Notes: generated from the sequence alone by a model not told the origin. A DNA stretch of 64,000 nucleotides from Sulfolobales archaeon HS-7 (GCA_019704295.1 AP024596.1:224001-288000); one strand, 5' to 3'; positions 30,714 to 42,239 are shown, numbered from the stretch's first letter. Numbers and translations: made by a program.

Positions 30714-31847
30714 TTACCTTTTTTCGATAGGGACATATTCCCTTCTCTCAGGTCCTGTATATATAGCTCTGGGCCTTATTAACCTGTGCTGATCCTCCAC
30801 ATATTCCATTATATGAGCTAACCATCCTGTGACTCTTGCTAGTGCGAAAAGTGCGGTAAACATGTCAACTGGAAAACCTATGTACCTGAATACCAGACCA
30901 GAGTAGAAGTCAGTGTTCGGGTAAATTCCTTTTGATGAGAACTGCTTTACTCCTAATTCCTCAAGTTTCTCAGCAACGGTGAGAAGCTTTTTCCCTTCCT
31001 CGTCAGATATCGACTTTTTGGCTATTTCTTTAAATATGAGCATTCTCGGATCGTATGTCTTGTACACTCTGTGACCGAAGCCCATTAATCGCTTTTTACC
31101 CTCCATCACGTTCTTCTTAAACCATTCCTCAACGTTATTTGGGGAACCGATTTGAAGGAATTGATTATAGGCGGCCTCTGCCGCTCCTCCATGAAGTGGA
31201 CCTTTAAGTGCGGCTAGAGCCGCTGTTATAGATGAGTACATATCGGATAATGTAGATGACGCAACTAGAGCAGCAGTCGTAGATGCAGGAACTTCATGAT
31301 CTACGTACAAAATTAAGGCCTTGTTCATTGCATCGATCTTTTCTTTTTCGTTTATATTCCCGAAGCACATGTTCAGGAAGGATTCACTGTAATTCCCTGA
31401 CTTTTCATGAATCGTTGATGGCGGCATGTCTCTCTTTCTTCTGTAAATCTCCGCTACAACTCTCGCCGTACTCCCTACTATCCTTAGTGCTATCTCCTTA
31501 TCCTTCTCCTTCGACCAGGCGAAGTTTTTCTCTGTAGTTGCCATAGCGCCGAATGCCGTTTCCATCATTGCGACTGCGTCAGAATCACTAGACAGAGTTC
31601 TAATCACCTGAATTACGAAATCCGGTACTTTGTAGCCCTCAGCTATGTTTTTCTTAGTTCGCTCAAGTTCATCGTGTCTCGGAAGTTCCCCATAGAACAT
31701 TAGGTGGACTATCTCCTCGTATTCGGCATTATACGCTAGGTCCTTTATATCGTAGCCCCTATATCTGAGTATCCCCTTCTGTCCGTCAATTGAAGTAAGA
31801 GAGGTATACTTTATAGCTACGTCCTCTAAACCGGGTATTACGCTCAT
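30714..31847 (-). CDS. gltA: Citrate (methylcitrate) synthase
   Basis: GILRYRGY, DHEVPAST, LKGPLHGGA, LMGFGHRVYKTYDPR, YPNTDFYSG. Confidence 0.93.
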   Translation of the reverse strand: MSVIPGLEDVAIKYTSLTSIDGQKGILRYRGYDIKDLAYNAEYEEIVHLMFYGELPRHDELERTKKNIAEGYKVPDFVIQVIRTLSSDSDAVAMMETAFGAMATTEKNFAWSKEKDKEIALRIVGSTARVVAEIYRRKRDMPPSTIHEKSGNYSESFLNMCFGNINEKEKIDAMNKALILYVDHEVPASTTAALVASSTLSDMYSSITAALAALKGPLHGGAAEAAYNQFLQIGSPNNVEEWFKKNVMEGKKRLMGFGHRVYKTYDPRMLIFKEIAKKSISDEEGKKLLTVAEKLEELGVKQFSSKGIYPNTDFYSGLVFRYIGFPVDMFTALFALARVTGWLAHIMEYVEDQHRLIRPRAIYTGPERREYVPIEKR

Positions 31848-32272
31848 TAGTCAGACCCCGCCCACGATTGTTCGGGAATTGCACTTAATGCTTCAAGAAC
31901 TTTTTCTTCTCCCAGTAAATCCCTTATTGAGATCACGCCCATTATTTCACCTGATCTATTCTTTACTACAACGTGCCTAATGAAGTGATCCTTCATTAAT
32001 TTAGCTACCTTGTCTATCCCTTCATCATCATATACGTATATTAGGGGTCCGATGGTAGCTATCGTTTTAATGGATTCATTAAGTTTTCTCCCCTTTGAGA
32101 GACCCTTTATTACGTCTCTTTCCGTGACTATTCCCACGACCTTTCCTGTCTCCGAGACTAAAAGGGAGCCTATATTATTTTCAGCCATAACTCTTATAGC
32201 GTCAGAAATAGTTGCATCACTGCCTATTGATATTGGTTGCCTTTTTATAAGAAAAGAAGAACGAATTGTCAT
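31847..32272 (-). CDS. CBS domain protein
   Basis: Two CBS repeats (GIVTERD; GVISIRD). Coupled to citrate synthase via TAATG. Confidence 0.85.
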   Translation of the reverse strand: MTIRSSFLIKRQPISIGSDATISDAIRVMAENNIGSLLVSETGKVVGIVTERDVIKGLSKGRKLNESIKTIATIGPLIYVYDDEGIDKVAKLMKDHFIRHVVVKNRSGEIMGVISIRDLLGEEKVLEALSAIPEQSWAGSD

Positions 32273-32860
32273 ACCTTTTTTTATCAAGACCAAGTATTAA
32301 ATTTTCTCTAAAAGTCACATTTTTAGAATTTAGGAATAATTAAAAAATTAATGGAAATAATTCTTATTTTTTATTAAAATACTCTTATTTATGACTAAAA
32401 TTATTTAGATAACCCACTTACGCAACATGGAGTTGGTAGGGATTAAACGATACTAAGCACTCTACTCATTAATTGTAATTATACGGATCCTTAAGAAAAG
32501 GGAAATCTTACCCAGTTAAAAAAGGACGGTTTCTCATGCTCAAAAGTCCTACTGTGTATTTACCTCCTGGTTGTACTGACGATGTCCTTGCACGCTAGAA
32601 CGTATACTTGATTAAGTTAAGAATGCGTAATAGTGATCCACACGCCTCTTTGTTCCTTCCCCCGGCATTGGAAGTCGTTGAGGAAGTATCCCCAGCTCGA
32701 GTTCAGATTTTATCTTAGCATTAATGATTATTCCTACTGTACGGTAGAATAGTACGGGAAATAGCCCAGAATTATCATACGATCTTAAAGAACTAAAAAT
32801 ATTGGATCAAAGAGTGCAATTCTATAACCTTATATAGATTTGCTTTTTTAGATTGATCTT

Positions 32861-33346
32861 ATGGAACAGAATTCTGATGAAATTGAAGAGTTAATAAAAA
32901 AAGGATTAGCTTTACCAGATAGTGAGGTAGAGAACTATTTTAAAGAGCTTTACCATAAATACAGTAATAACGCGAGAGTCGCTTATGAGTATGCAGGGAT
33001 TTTAGATTATTTGGGAAGGGAGGAAGAGGCAATTCCTTTGTATAAAAAGAGTTTAGAAATGGGTTTAGAGGGTAGGCCTAGAGACATGTGTTTAATACAG
33101 TTAGGAAGTTCTTTAAGAGTAACGGGTAGACTTCAGGAAAGCGAACAAGTACTTAGGGAAATATACGAAAGAACCAGGGATCCTGCATCTCTCCTATTCC
33201 TCGTACTTACGCTTAGTGATATGAGAATGAGCGTTAATGCACTGTGTTTGATGAGCGAGTATATACTCAGAGGAGAAAGCGGGTTCCTGCCAGAGTACAA
33301 AGGGGTCCTCAGTAGGTATTTTAATAACCTATGTATTAAGAGTTAA
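32861..33346 (+). CDS. Tetratricopeptide repeat protein
   Basis: AYEYAGILDYLGREEEAIPLYKKSLEMGL...IQLGSSLRVTGRLQES. Confidence 0.8.
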   Translation: MEQNSDEIEELIKKGLALPDSEVENYFKELYHKYSNNARVAYEYAGILDYLGREEEAIPLYKKSLEMGLEGRPRDMCLIQLGSSLRVTGRLQESEQVLREIYERTRDPASLLFLVLTLSDMRMSVNALCLMSEYILRGESGFLPEYKGVLSRYFNNLCIKS

Positions 33347-33548
33347 TTTATACCGAATTTGTTGAATTTTATTTTACCCTAAATAAGTCTTCCCCCGTTT
33401 CACTCGTTACCTAAACCTTTCCTTAGTACAGTTGTGCTACTAATTTTACAATATAGTACTCTTCTTTTCCCTTAAGACAAAGAACTACAAAAAATATAGG
33501 GATGATAGTTGATATAAAATGCAATCAAAGCCCTCTCTTCACTGTCTC

Positions 33549-33938
33549 TTACTTCATCTTATGAGCCTGTTCCAGTACTCCTTTTAACCCCTCTGAAATA
33601 TCGTCGTTATAGATTACCTCCGTTATTGATTTACCTAATTTGCACTCAATAATAATTTTCAGAGACTCGTATTCTTGAGTCACCGTATCGTCTCCCTCTT
33701 GCTCGAAGAGGAGAATTACATTCCTCAAATTGAACTTAACACACTTCAATGTGTTCATAACGTTTTGCAGAGCCTCCTTCCTTTTATTTGGAGACATAGT
33801 TTCTATCACTTCAACAGCGTATGCTTCATAATCCTGGTACTTTATGCTAGTTTTACTGAAGCATAACGCATCTACAGCTTTCCCGCATATTTCATCAAAC
33901 TTAACGCATGCAACCCCCTAGCCCTCGCTGAATAACAT
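33549..33938 (-). pseudogene. Putative PD-(D/E)XK-like protein with in-frame TAG at codon 7
   Basis: ATG 33938 overlaps the ATPase stop (TAATG). The frame reads MLFSEG*GVACVKFDEICGKAVDALCF...AYAVEVIET... and is continuous with track ORF 33549-33809. Confidence 0.55.
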
Positions 33939-35087
33939 TACCTTTCTCCCTCGAAGACTTTTCTTAGAAAATCCCCTTGATAGGTCGAAATCGTCTCTAA
34001 TCTTTCTATACTACGATCTTCGAGAACTTTAACCTTTTCAGCCTTATACAGATTTCCGCTACCTCTTAGTTCATAAACATCAGGCACATTTGCAGACCCA
34101 TGTACGAACGACATAATAAACCATTCACTGTGGGAAGTCACGAAGAGCTTCTTATCTAATTTGGCTAGGTACTCTCCTACTTTTAGTTGTAGATCAGCAT
34201 GAAGGTTTATCTCAGGCTCCTCGATCACCATACCCTTGACAAATGGATTTTTGGCTACAATCTCTAAGGCCGCTAACTGCCCAACACCCGTGGATATTAA
34301 AGATGTAGGGACTTCCTTTTCCCCAACAAATGCTCGAAACTGGGAAGGGAACTCGACCCTTACTTTCACTCCAGACAATTCCTCTACGTAATCCCCCAGA
34401 AGGAACCACCTGAGGAAGTCTAAAGTTAACGGTTTCACCTGTGGATAAGAGTATGGGGAGTATACAAAACTGCTTATCGCTCTGTTCAGGCTAAACACAG
34501 CGATCCTCTCTGTGCTTAGAAATGCCAGCTGGTTTAGATCTTGATTACTTAACATTTTTGCTGGAATAAGATGAGATAGGCCTATTTTTACACATTTCTC
34601 TGATCCAATTGAGAGTAATTCGTTCGGAGAGAGACTATTAAAACTTAACCTCCTCAGTCCTTTTAAAATTCACTAGAATCTTCATTCTTTTGTCTTCCTT
34701 GAGCGTTACGCCCACGTGGTTGTCAGAGTTGAGCTCCACGGAGATCAAATCGTTCTCAATAAATCCCTTACTCTCCCCTATTGTGATCAAATCTTTCGGT
34801 TCAGCGTTGAATAGTGTCCTAATCCTCTCACCTATTACTCCTTTTAATGCTTTTTCACTCACTAAGTCCTTAAGGCTAACTTCGATCTCATTGATTCCCT
34901 CCTCCACCTCAAGGCTTAATTCATTGTCAGTACTCAACGGGGAAAAAGAAATAGGGAAGTTAATGAAATAGAAAGCTGTAGAGATCATTGTTTTGCCCGA
35001 TGAGTTGGGACCTACAACTAGCGTTTTTCCGTCAAAATTCATTTTAACTTCCTCTACTGGTCCCAAGTTAGTTACGCTAAATATCAT
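33938..35087 (-). pseudogene. ABC/AAA_21-type ATPase split by a 1-nt frameshift
   Basis: Walker A GPNSSGKT is in 34638-35087, and STG signature, IEEPEINLH and VTSHS are in 33938-34555. Removing one base from the run at 34640-34643 joins the two frames. Confidence 0.8.
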
Positions 35088-35130
35088 TAAATGCGTTCTT
35101 ATGGACTACAAATAAAGCTTTTTATAGTCA

Positions 35131-36375
35131 GCGCCGTTCACGTGTTCATTGCGAATCGTAATATTCTTTGTTAAATTAGAATAGTTCAACATGTAATAAT
35201 TCAAATACATGTAAAATAGTAGGAGAATAAGAATAACTGTAATATTATTATAAATATAAGAAGATAGATTGGGATGTTATACCTGAGGATAATTCATCAT
35301 GTGGTTTGTAAAATCCTCTACGGGGAGTGAGACAGGCAGAAATACCTCCACTTTACGAGGGAGTTGAAGGACTCAACGGGATTGTTGTTATTAAGTCACT
35401 CTTACACCTCTCTCAGGACGAAAAGGCGCTACATACTTCACCCCTAATACGGCTGTGCGAATAGCGAGTTCAGAACAGTACCTGGCTCAACATTGTATTT
35501 CTCCACGTTCTGGCTCTTAGCAAATTTGTAACCGTTAAGACTAAACCGTTTTAGGGACTTGCTACTCTCATCTCTAGTGTTACGTGTTTTCCCTGTGTAA
35601 GGTATTCCAGCACACTGTACTTATCTGTAACCGTTACTTCCCCTTTAGCCGAGGGGGAGGAGCTCGTTTAACTACTCCCTTTCCTCCTTTATTACATGCC
35701 GTTCCTTATAGACAATGCAGTATCACCTCTTAAACCTCATTTTGAAAGCGTGGATGACGTTGTCTAAGGCGATAAAGCCGTCCGCTACAATTAACTCCAC
35801 ATTGTACTTCCTCCAGATGGATACGAGTAAGTCCCAGGCGCTTCTCTTATCCTCTTCTTTAGCGAGTGCTAAATTTAGTATTGCTTCCTCTCAGGAGTTA
35901 CCCTTGCTGCGACCCCCTTTTCTCCTTTAGTCAACTTGACGTATTTTACTTCTGTGATTACCCCTGCTCTAATTTCTCCTTAATTCGCGTCTTGACTCGT
36001 TTGTCTTGCCTATAAAAGACAGGGAGTTTGATGGTGACGTAAAATAGTTCTTAGATCTTTCTACTTCTCCTCATCACGAACACGACCCCCTTGACAAGGT
36101 TAAACCCAGTGTACCCTTCCCTCTACTTGGGACTCATCTCTTCTACTTCCTTAAGGGCTTTCCTCTCGATCTCCTGAACCGATTTGTTTATAATTTCTTT
36201 TTCGTAAGGTAGGATAAACGCAAACGTAATACCGCATTTGATAAGGGACGGCGTTTCGAGTTCTTCTGTGGTATTGTTTTCTGGTCATAACCAATTTAGT
36301 ATTACATTCTACGATTATTTAATTAATTTTAAACTAATAAAATAAAGTGAATTCACAATAAACGTGTGAACATCA
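35131..36375 (-). mobile_element. Near full-length dead IS256-family element (ISC1250-like)
   Basis: TIR-like ends gcgccgttcacgtgttcattgcgaat / aattcacaataaacgtgtgaacatc. Broken transposase from ATG 36288: MTRKQY...MRYYV...IERKALKE...LIVADGF...NNPVESFNS...HSP*RILQ. Confidence 0.8.
35423..35597 (-). repeat. ~175-bp dispersed element, copy B, nested in IS256 transposase
   Basis: It interrupts the transposase between ...KYSVLEYL and the NNPVESFNS region. Confidence 0.7.
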
Positions 36376-36933
36376 AAAAAAGGATTTTAGTAACAGTAAA
36401 GTTAAAATTCTGAAGAATTTTCAAAAATGAGATATGAACTTAATGATCGAAGAGAGACTTTATGAGCATATTACTGTCAATGAATTTTTTTTCAGTAAAC
36501 TAGTAAACGGAGATAAAGAAAATTCTATACTTAATATATAGAAATAGGAGGAACGTTTTGAGAAAAATTCTCAGCTTATTCAGATCTAAGTGAAAGAATT
36601 CAAATTACAAAAATAGTTTAAACGAAGATATTAAGTGAGAATAAAATTATAAGAGTCAATTCTCGTCATCTTTGCGGACAGGATCATCTATTATTCAATG
36701 CAGACAGGTTGCTTGTACCTCGAATGTGAGTTCTTAGAACACTATTCATGGAGGGGTTTACACAATCACTTAAGTTAGGGGGCATGCGATACTCCCCTAT
36801 CAAATAAACATTACGGACGTATTACCCTTAACACCAAGTTCATCTGGGATATCCTTGGTGGTTAGGGAGCCCTATTGTGAAAAGAGAGGGAACGATAGCT
36901 CCCCCATTTGTGGGTAAAACTTACGACGTTAAA

Positions 36934-37440
36934 TTATTGATTTTGTGGCTTCCTTCTCCTTATAGCCCCATACGCTAGAACTATTACTCCTACTATAGCG
37001 ACGATTATTCCACCGTAAATAGACGCGGCGATTTCGTAAAAGGCGGAAGATCTTACCTGCACAAGTGTGTAATATATCAGCGCGTTAGAAGTGTAGTTGT
37101 CAGTTAAAGTCACATTAGCAAAACCGGTTACACTAGATATAGGAAGGAGTAAATATCCGCTGCTTAATTCCGGAGCGGTTGCATTTCCGCTCTTTACCTG
37201 AAACGCTAGAGGTAAGTTAGTTTTATTCGAACCGTTCACCACTAAAGAGTCATTATATATTACTCCACCAGTTTTACCATAAAATGGAATTGTCATACTT
37301 TCACCTGGCCCAAGTTCTGTAACCTTAAATCCCTTAAATTGCTGTATTACCGAATTGGCCTCTATTGCTACTGGTCCTATGAAGAAAGCCAGGACTCCCG
37401 CCACTATTAAAATAATCGCGATAAGCGTAAGTTTTCTCAT
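36934..37440 (-). CDS. Hypothetical membrane protein (N- and C-terminal TM helices)
   Basis: Two hydrophobic helices flank an extracellular domain containing sequons. Confidence 0.75.
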   Translation of the reverse strand: MRKLTLIAIILIVAGVLAFFIGPVAIEANSVIQQFKGFKVTELGPGESMTIPFYGKTGGVIYNDSLVVNGSNKTNLPLAFQVKSGNATAPELSSGYLLLPISSVTGFANVTLTDNYTSNALIYYTLVQVRSSAFYEIAASIYGGIIVAIVGVIVLAYGAIRRRKPQNQ

Positions 37441-37515
37441 GTCTTAAGGGTTAACTCTAGGTTAATACGCTTTTCCCTAAGACTTTCAAAGCTTTTTAAT
37501 ATATCATTAGAAATA

Positions 37516-38187
37516 TTGCTTATGCTTAGTTCGGTATTCGTCGACTTCGGCGACACTTTAGCTTACTTTAAACCGCGGCTGTATACGGTGATAAGGGAGA
37601 CATTGAATAATCACGGTTATGAATTTAGCGAGAAGAAAATATTTCGAGCTTACGTAGCGTCTTGTTCTAAAAACAACTTTCCTGATGAGGTCGGGCATAA
37701 CCCAATAGACTTAAGGGATTTCATTTACAGACTTGGTATTACTAAGTTCTCGGAAGAGCTAATAGGGGATCTTCAAAAGGCCAACTCAATAAGGGGAGAG
37801 GCTTTCCTCTTTGAAGATTCTATTAAATTCCTCCAGGAAGTGAAATCAATCGGATTGCGATTAGTTCTTGTAAGTAATGCCACGAAGAACGTAAAAGGGA
37901 ACGTTGAGAGACTTGGGATTGCGGAATACTTTGATGGAATAGTTATCTCCTCATTGGTAAACTCTATAAAGCCCCATCCAAGGATATTTGAGATTGCCGG
38001 AAGGTATGGAGGGTATCCCGCGGTTCACTTAGGAGACACATATGAGATAGACTATCTTGGGGCAAAGAGGAGTTACGTAAGGGGAATTCTTGTGGATAGG
38101 TACGACTTCTATGACGACGTTAAGGTAAATAGGGTTCGTAACCTAGAGGAAGCGTTGATCCTAATAGAGAAAATGGTTCGAGAATGA
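37516..38187 (+). CDS. HAD-family hydrolase
   Basis: DFGDTL, VSN, KPHP.IF, HLGDTYEIDYLGA. Confidence 0.9.
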   Translation: MLMLSSVFVDFGDTLAYFKPRLYTVIRETLNNHGYEFSEKKIFRAYVASCSKNNFPDEVGHNPIDLRDFIYRLGITKFSEELIGDLQKANSIRGEAFLFEDSIKFLQEVKSIGLRLVLVSNATKNVKGNVERLGIAEYFDGIVISSLVNSIKPHPRIFEIAGRYGGYPAVHLGDTYEIDYLGAKRSYVRGILVDRYDFYDDVKVNRVRNLEEALILIEKMVRE

Positions 38188-38322
38188 TTTCACCAGTATT
38201 TTAAATATTTTACCTAGGCACCTCTGGTTACTAGCTAAGAACTTGTCAGGAACACTAACGAACTCCGAAATGTTCGTCGCTCTATTATTAAAAATAATAT
38301 CTCCTTTTCCATAGAGTAGTCT

Positions 38323-38913
38323 ATGAAGGTAGAAGTTCCCGAGGTAAAGGAGGAGGACGTAATCATCAATTCTCGGAGCTCTGCCCTTATAGTTGTTGAC
38401 ATGCAGAACGACTTCGTAAGGAAGGAGGGAAAGCTTTACGTCCCTTCAGCTGAAAGCACAATAATGCCTATTTCAAATCTCATAAGGAAATTTAAGGAAA
38501 GGAACTCACTAGTAATTTACACCCAAGACTGGCACATGAAGGACGATCCTGAGTTTAAGATATGGGGAGAACATGCGTTGGCGAATACGTGGGGAGCAGA
38601 AATTGTTGACGAATTAAGGCCTGATAAGGACGACTTCCTCATAAAGAAATACAGGTACGATGGATTCTTTGAAAGTCCTCTAGACTACATCTTGAGGGTA
38701 AAGGGCGTTAGAAAAGTCGTGATAACTGGAACAGTTGCTAACATATGTGTTCTTCATACTGCCGGTAGCGCGGCATTAAGATGGTATGACGTGATCCTCC
38801 CTAAGGACGGAATATCCGCCATAACTGACTTTGACTACTACTCCACTCTTAGGCAGGTCTCTTTCCTTTATAGGGGAGCAATCACCTCATCTGAACGAAT
38901 TAGCTTAACTTAG
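38323..38913 (+). CDS. Isochorismatase/nicotinamidase-family cysteine hydrolase
   Basis: VVDMQNDF, K.RY.GF, GTVANICVLHTA. Confidence 0.92.
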   Translation: MKVEVPEVKEEDVIINSRSSALIVVDMQNDFVRKEGKLYVPSAESTIMPISNLIRKFKERNSLVIYTQDWHMKDDPEFKIWGEHALANTWGAEIVDELRPDKDDFLIKKYRYDGFFESPLDYILRVKGVRKVVITGTVANICVLHTAGSAALRWYDVILPKDGISAITDFDYYSTLRQVSFLYRGAITSSERISLT

Positions 38914-39527
38914 GAGTAAAAGTAGGTTTCTATAATCTTCTTGGTAGCCTTTCTCAGATGATATAGAAACGTCGTTTTATCCATGTTTAATACTCTCGCT
39001 ATATTCTCAGCTTTTTCCCCACGGGGATATGAGAAATACCCGTTCTGAAAAGCTATCATGAGAGTTGAGACTTCTACGTCGTTCAATACACCTGGAATTG
39101 TCGGCTCATAATCTACGTAATTAAGCACGAAGTCCCCCATTTGATAAAGGGATTCCTTTATCTGGGAAATCCTGCTGTTCTCCGTAACGAATTTCCATCT
39201 TTCCTTATCATCGTTCTGTTCATTACTTATTAACATGACCTCGTTATCGTAAAGCAAACCCGCAACCGAACCCCTATATACATTTAACATATCCACTATT
39301 ATCGCATTTCTCAATTCGAAGAACCCGTTCACTTTAAGGATATTCCTGTTAGTTTTTAGACTCCTGATCAGGTCTCTATTTCCCTTAAAGAAAATAACTC
39401 TGGTTCTTAGATACCCTTTTTGTGGATAAACCCACATCTGTAAAGTTCTCGATTTAACATCGACTTCCCTAGTCCAGCATCCCTCGTGTTCAATTTGTAA
39501 ATACACTAGTTTGAACTTTCGCTTCAT
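38910..39527 (-). CDS. Bat-type (HTH_10) transcriptional regulator
   Basis: C-terminal AFQNGYFSYPR...IARVLNMDKTTFLYHLRKA and N-terminal HEGCWT. Confidence 0.88.
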   Translation of the reverse strand: MKRKFKLVYLQIEHEGCWTREVDVKSRTLQMWVYPQKGYLRTRVIFFKGNRDLIRSLKTNRNILKVNGFFELRNAIIVDMLNVYRGSVAGLLYDNEVMLISNEQNDDKERWKFVTENSRISQIKESLYQMGDFVLNYVDYEPTIPGVLNDVEVSTLMIAFQNGYFSYPRGEKAENIARVLNMDKTTFLYHLRKATKKIIETYFYS

Positions 39528-39568
39528 CCGTATATTTATAATTATTAAACAATATAAATACTATCTCA

Positions 39569-39744
39569 AGAGGCGCTATATGCTTCGCCTCTAACATGAC
39601 TATGGGAACAGCGTGCCCAGGCGGGTACCTAGATCAACGTTGTATTTATTTACGTTCTGGCTCTTGGCAAACTCAGACCTCTTGAAACTGACCATTATAG
39701 GGACTCGCGACCCCTATCCCTAGTATTACGTGTTTTCCTTGTGG
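39569..39744 (-). repeat. ~175-bp dispersed element, copy C
   Basis: Aligns with copies A, B, D and E. Terminal hairpin AGAGGCG-N10-CGCCTCT. Confidence 0.75.
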
Positions 39745-40430
39745 AAGATTTAGCGAACACATTCCAAGTTAACTTTCGGGTCCCAGCGAAAATTACTGAC
39801 GTTTAGCTTTTACCTTATGGGGTTCAGGAGTGGGATGCCCTCCTCCACAGGGGTTGGATAGTCCATCGGACGCTTTCATGATACGAAAAAATATCAATTG
39901 CCTTAGATCAAGGGGAAAGGGCTCATGCACTCTCGAGACTTGGGGAATCATGCCCTTATTAACACTTACTGATAAACCATGAAATTTACGTACTATGCAT
40001 GTTAATATTTTCTTGGTAGTAGATGAGTTTCCCAAAAGTAATAAGATATTGTACAGAATGTACGGGGCTCCGACATTATTTGTGTTGGCTAAGGTTACTC
40101 AGTTAATGTAAAGTAAGATGAGGACCGGAAAATGCTTCATGACTTCAGTAAAGTCTAAAAGCTGAGGCTCTAATGCAAATTAACCAAAATTCAATGAAGC
40201 CTAAACCCCTACTAAAACCATCCGTTGACCCTCAAATCAAAATATCCCTGATGCGCCACGTAAGAAACCCCCTCTACAGATAAAGGGGGTCAAGGTTACT
40301 ACGAGAAAATAGGTAAATCACAAGGTAAAAATACCTCGCTTAGATTGCAAGGAAGTTAACTCGCGGAGTATAAACTTTATTTCTAAGCTTTCGGATAAGT
40401 TTTTATTGGTTTAAACACGATTTATCCTTC

Positions 40431-42239
40431 ATGAGAATCTACGTCTCCATAAAGCAAGTTCCTGATGCTACTGACTTACGCATAGATCCTATAACGAACA
40501 ATCTCGTAAGAGAAGGAGTACCTGCAGTAATTAATCCTCCCGACTATCACGCAATTGAAGAGGCTATTCAATTGAAGGAGAAATATGGCGGCGAAGTGAT
40601 TGTGGTCACCATGGGACCGCCTCAGGCTGAGTCCGCTCTGAGAGAGGCGATTGCCATGGGAGCAGATCGAGCATATCTCATAACCGACAGATCCCTTGCA
40701 GGTGCCGACACATGGGCCACATCATATGCGATATCAAAAGCCGTTAAGAAAATAGGAGAGGGGGATCTGTATATCTTTGGCAGGAGAGCAGTAGACGGTG
40801 AAACAGAGCAGGTAGGTCCCCAGACAGCTAAGTGGTTAGGACTTCCGTTTGTTGGATACACCAACTCTATAGAGATAAAGGAAAATAGGGCAATAGTTAC
40901 TAGGGTAACAGAGTTCGAGGAGGCGACTCTTGAAGTTCCCATTCCTTTCGTTGCCTCAGTTGTGGAAACTGCTAATAAACCGAGACAACCATCAATAATG
41001 AAACTCATTGAGGCGAAAAGGGCTAAGATCTATAAGTTGTCGAGGGAGGATGTGGGAATAGAACCACAGAAAGCAGGACTTCAAGGTTCTCCAACCAAGG
41101 TCATCAGAGTTAGACCACCTCCTAAGCTGAGAAATCCCCAAATATTTGATGGAAGAGGAAAGGATGACGACGCTGCTAAATGGCTATACGAGAGAATAGT
41201 AGAGTCGTTAAAGAACGCTGATAAAGTGGAATCCTCCTACGTTAAACCAAAACCTATAGCTAAGGCTCAGGGGGACGTATGGGTATACATTGATCACGTT
41301 GAAGGCGAACCGAATAAAGCCTCCTTCGAAATTATGTCCGAGGCGAAGAGGATCGCTGATATGCTATCCACGCGTCTTGGTGCCCTCATAGTAGGAGATG
41401 TCGATCACCTAATCGAAGATGCCTTCAAGTACGGAGCAGACGTAGTCTACTACGCAAAAGTTGATGGGTGGAAGAGATACGATAACGACGTTTTCACTAG
41501 GGCTGCCTCAGTTGTCATAAAGAAGTATAGACCTGAGGCCATATTTTTCCCTGGGACGAGGATCTCTAGAGAATTGGCCTCATCCCTAGCCATAGAAGTC
41601 GATACAGGACTTATCGCTGATTGCGTGAGTTTCGAGGTTGATGAAAAGGGAATTCTTTACTCTACTAGACCAGACTTTGGTGGGTTAGAGATGTCAACCA
41701 TAATATGCCCTACTGCTAAACCGGTCATGGTTACAGTAAGACCCGGCGTCTTTAGTCCCATAGTGTTCAATAACAAAGGGGACGTGATAACTGAAAGAGT
41801 GGAGGACGTATACAGCAGGTTTAAAGTTCTCGAATACAAGAAGTTGGAGAGAAGAAACGTATTAGCTGAATCCGATATAGTTATAGGGATAGGAAGGGGA
41901 GCCCGATCTCCTAAGGATATATCATTGGCTGAGGAGCTGGCAAAGGCCCTTAACGGTGTGGTTGGCGTTACTAAACCGCTCTCTGATATGGGATGGTACC
42001 CTAAAGAGAGGCAAATCGGTCAAACTGGTACTACGATAAGGCCCAAACTGTACATAGCTTTGGGAGTATCGGGTGCTATTCAACACATGGTGGGAATACA
42101 GGGATCAAAGAGGATAATCGCAGTAAATCAAGATCCCGAGGCGCCTATCTTTAATGGAGCTGATTACGGAGTAGTAGGCGATATGTACTCAATAATTCCG
42201 AAGTTAATTAAGATAGTGGGTGAGAACGGTGGAATTTGA
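40431..42239 (+). CDS. Fused electron transfer flavoprotein beta+alpha (FixA-FixB)
   Basis: EtfB part: IKQVPD, ADTWATS, DGETEQVG. EtfA part: QIGQTGTTIRPKLYIALGVSGAIQHMVG. Confidence 0.92.
   Translation: MRIYVSIKQVPDATDLRIDPITNNLVREGVPAVINPPDYHAIEEAIQLKEKYGGEVIVVTMGPPQAESALREAIAMGADRAYLITDRSLAGADTWATSYAISKAVKKIGEGDLYIFGRRAVDGETEQVGPQTAKWLGLPFVGYTNSIEIKENRAIVTRVTEFEEATLEVPIPFVASVVETANKPRQPSIMKLIEAKRAKIYKLSREDVGIEPQKAGLQGSPTKVIRVRPPPKLRNPQIFDGRGKDDDAAKWLYERIVESLKNADKVESSYVKPKPIAKAQGDVWVYIDHVEGEPNKASFEIMSEAKRIADMLSTRLGALIVGDVDHLIEDAFKYGADVVYYAKVDGWKRYDNDVFTRAASVVIKKYRPEAIFFPGTRISRELASSLAIEVDTGLIADCVSFEVDEKGILYSTRPDFGGLEMSTIICPTAKPVMVTVRPGVFSPIVFNNKGDVITERVEDVYSRFKVLEYKKLERRNVLAESDIVIGIGRGARSPKDISLAEELAKALNGVVGVTKPLSDMGWYPKERQIGQTGTTIRPKLYIALGVSGAIQHMVGIQGSKRIIAVNQDPEAPIFNGADYGVVGDMYSIIPKLIKIVGENGGI

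Noticed and set aside
2199-33920. Amber (TAG) recoding suggested by in-frame TAGs at 2199, ~11996 and 33918 plus a SelB-like gene
   Set aside because: Many intact genes here end in TAG (for example prpB and proC), two of the three affected loci also carry frameshifts, and no pyl or sel machinery is visible.
35715-35930. 71-aa ORF
   Set aside because: It is antisense to the IS256 transposase remnant.
39793-40035. 80-aa ORF or possible tnpB tail
   Set aside because: There is no protein motif. It may be a decayed IS605 end (terminating in gtcag), but is too degenerate to call.
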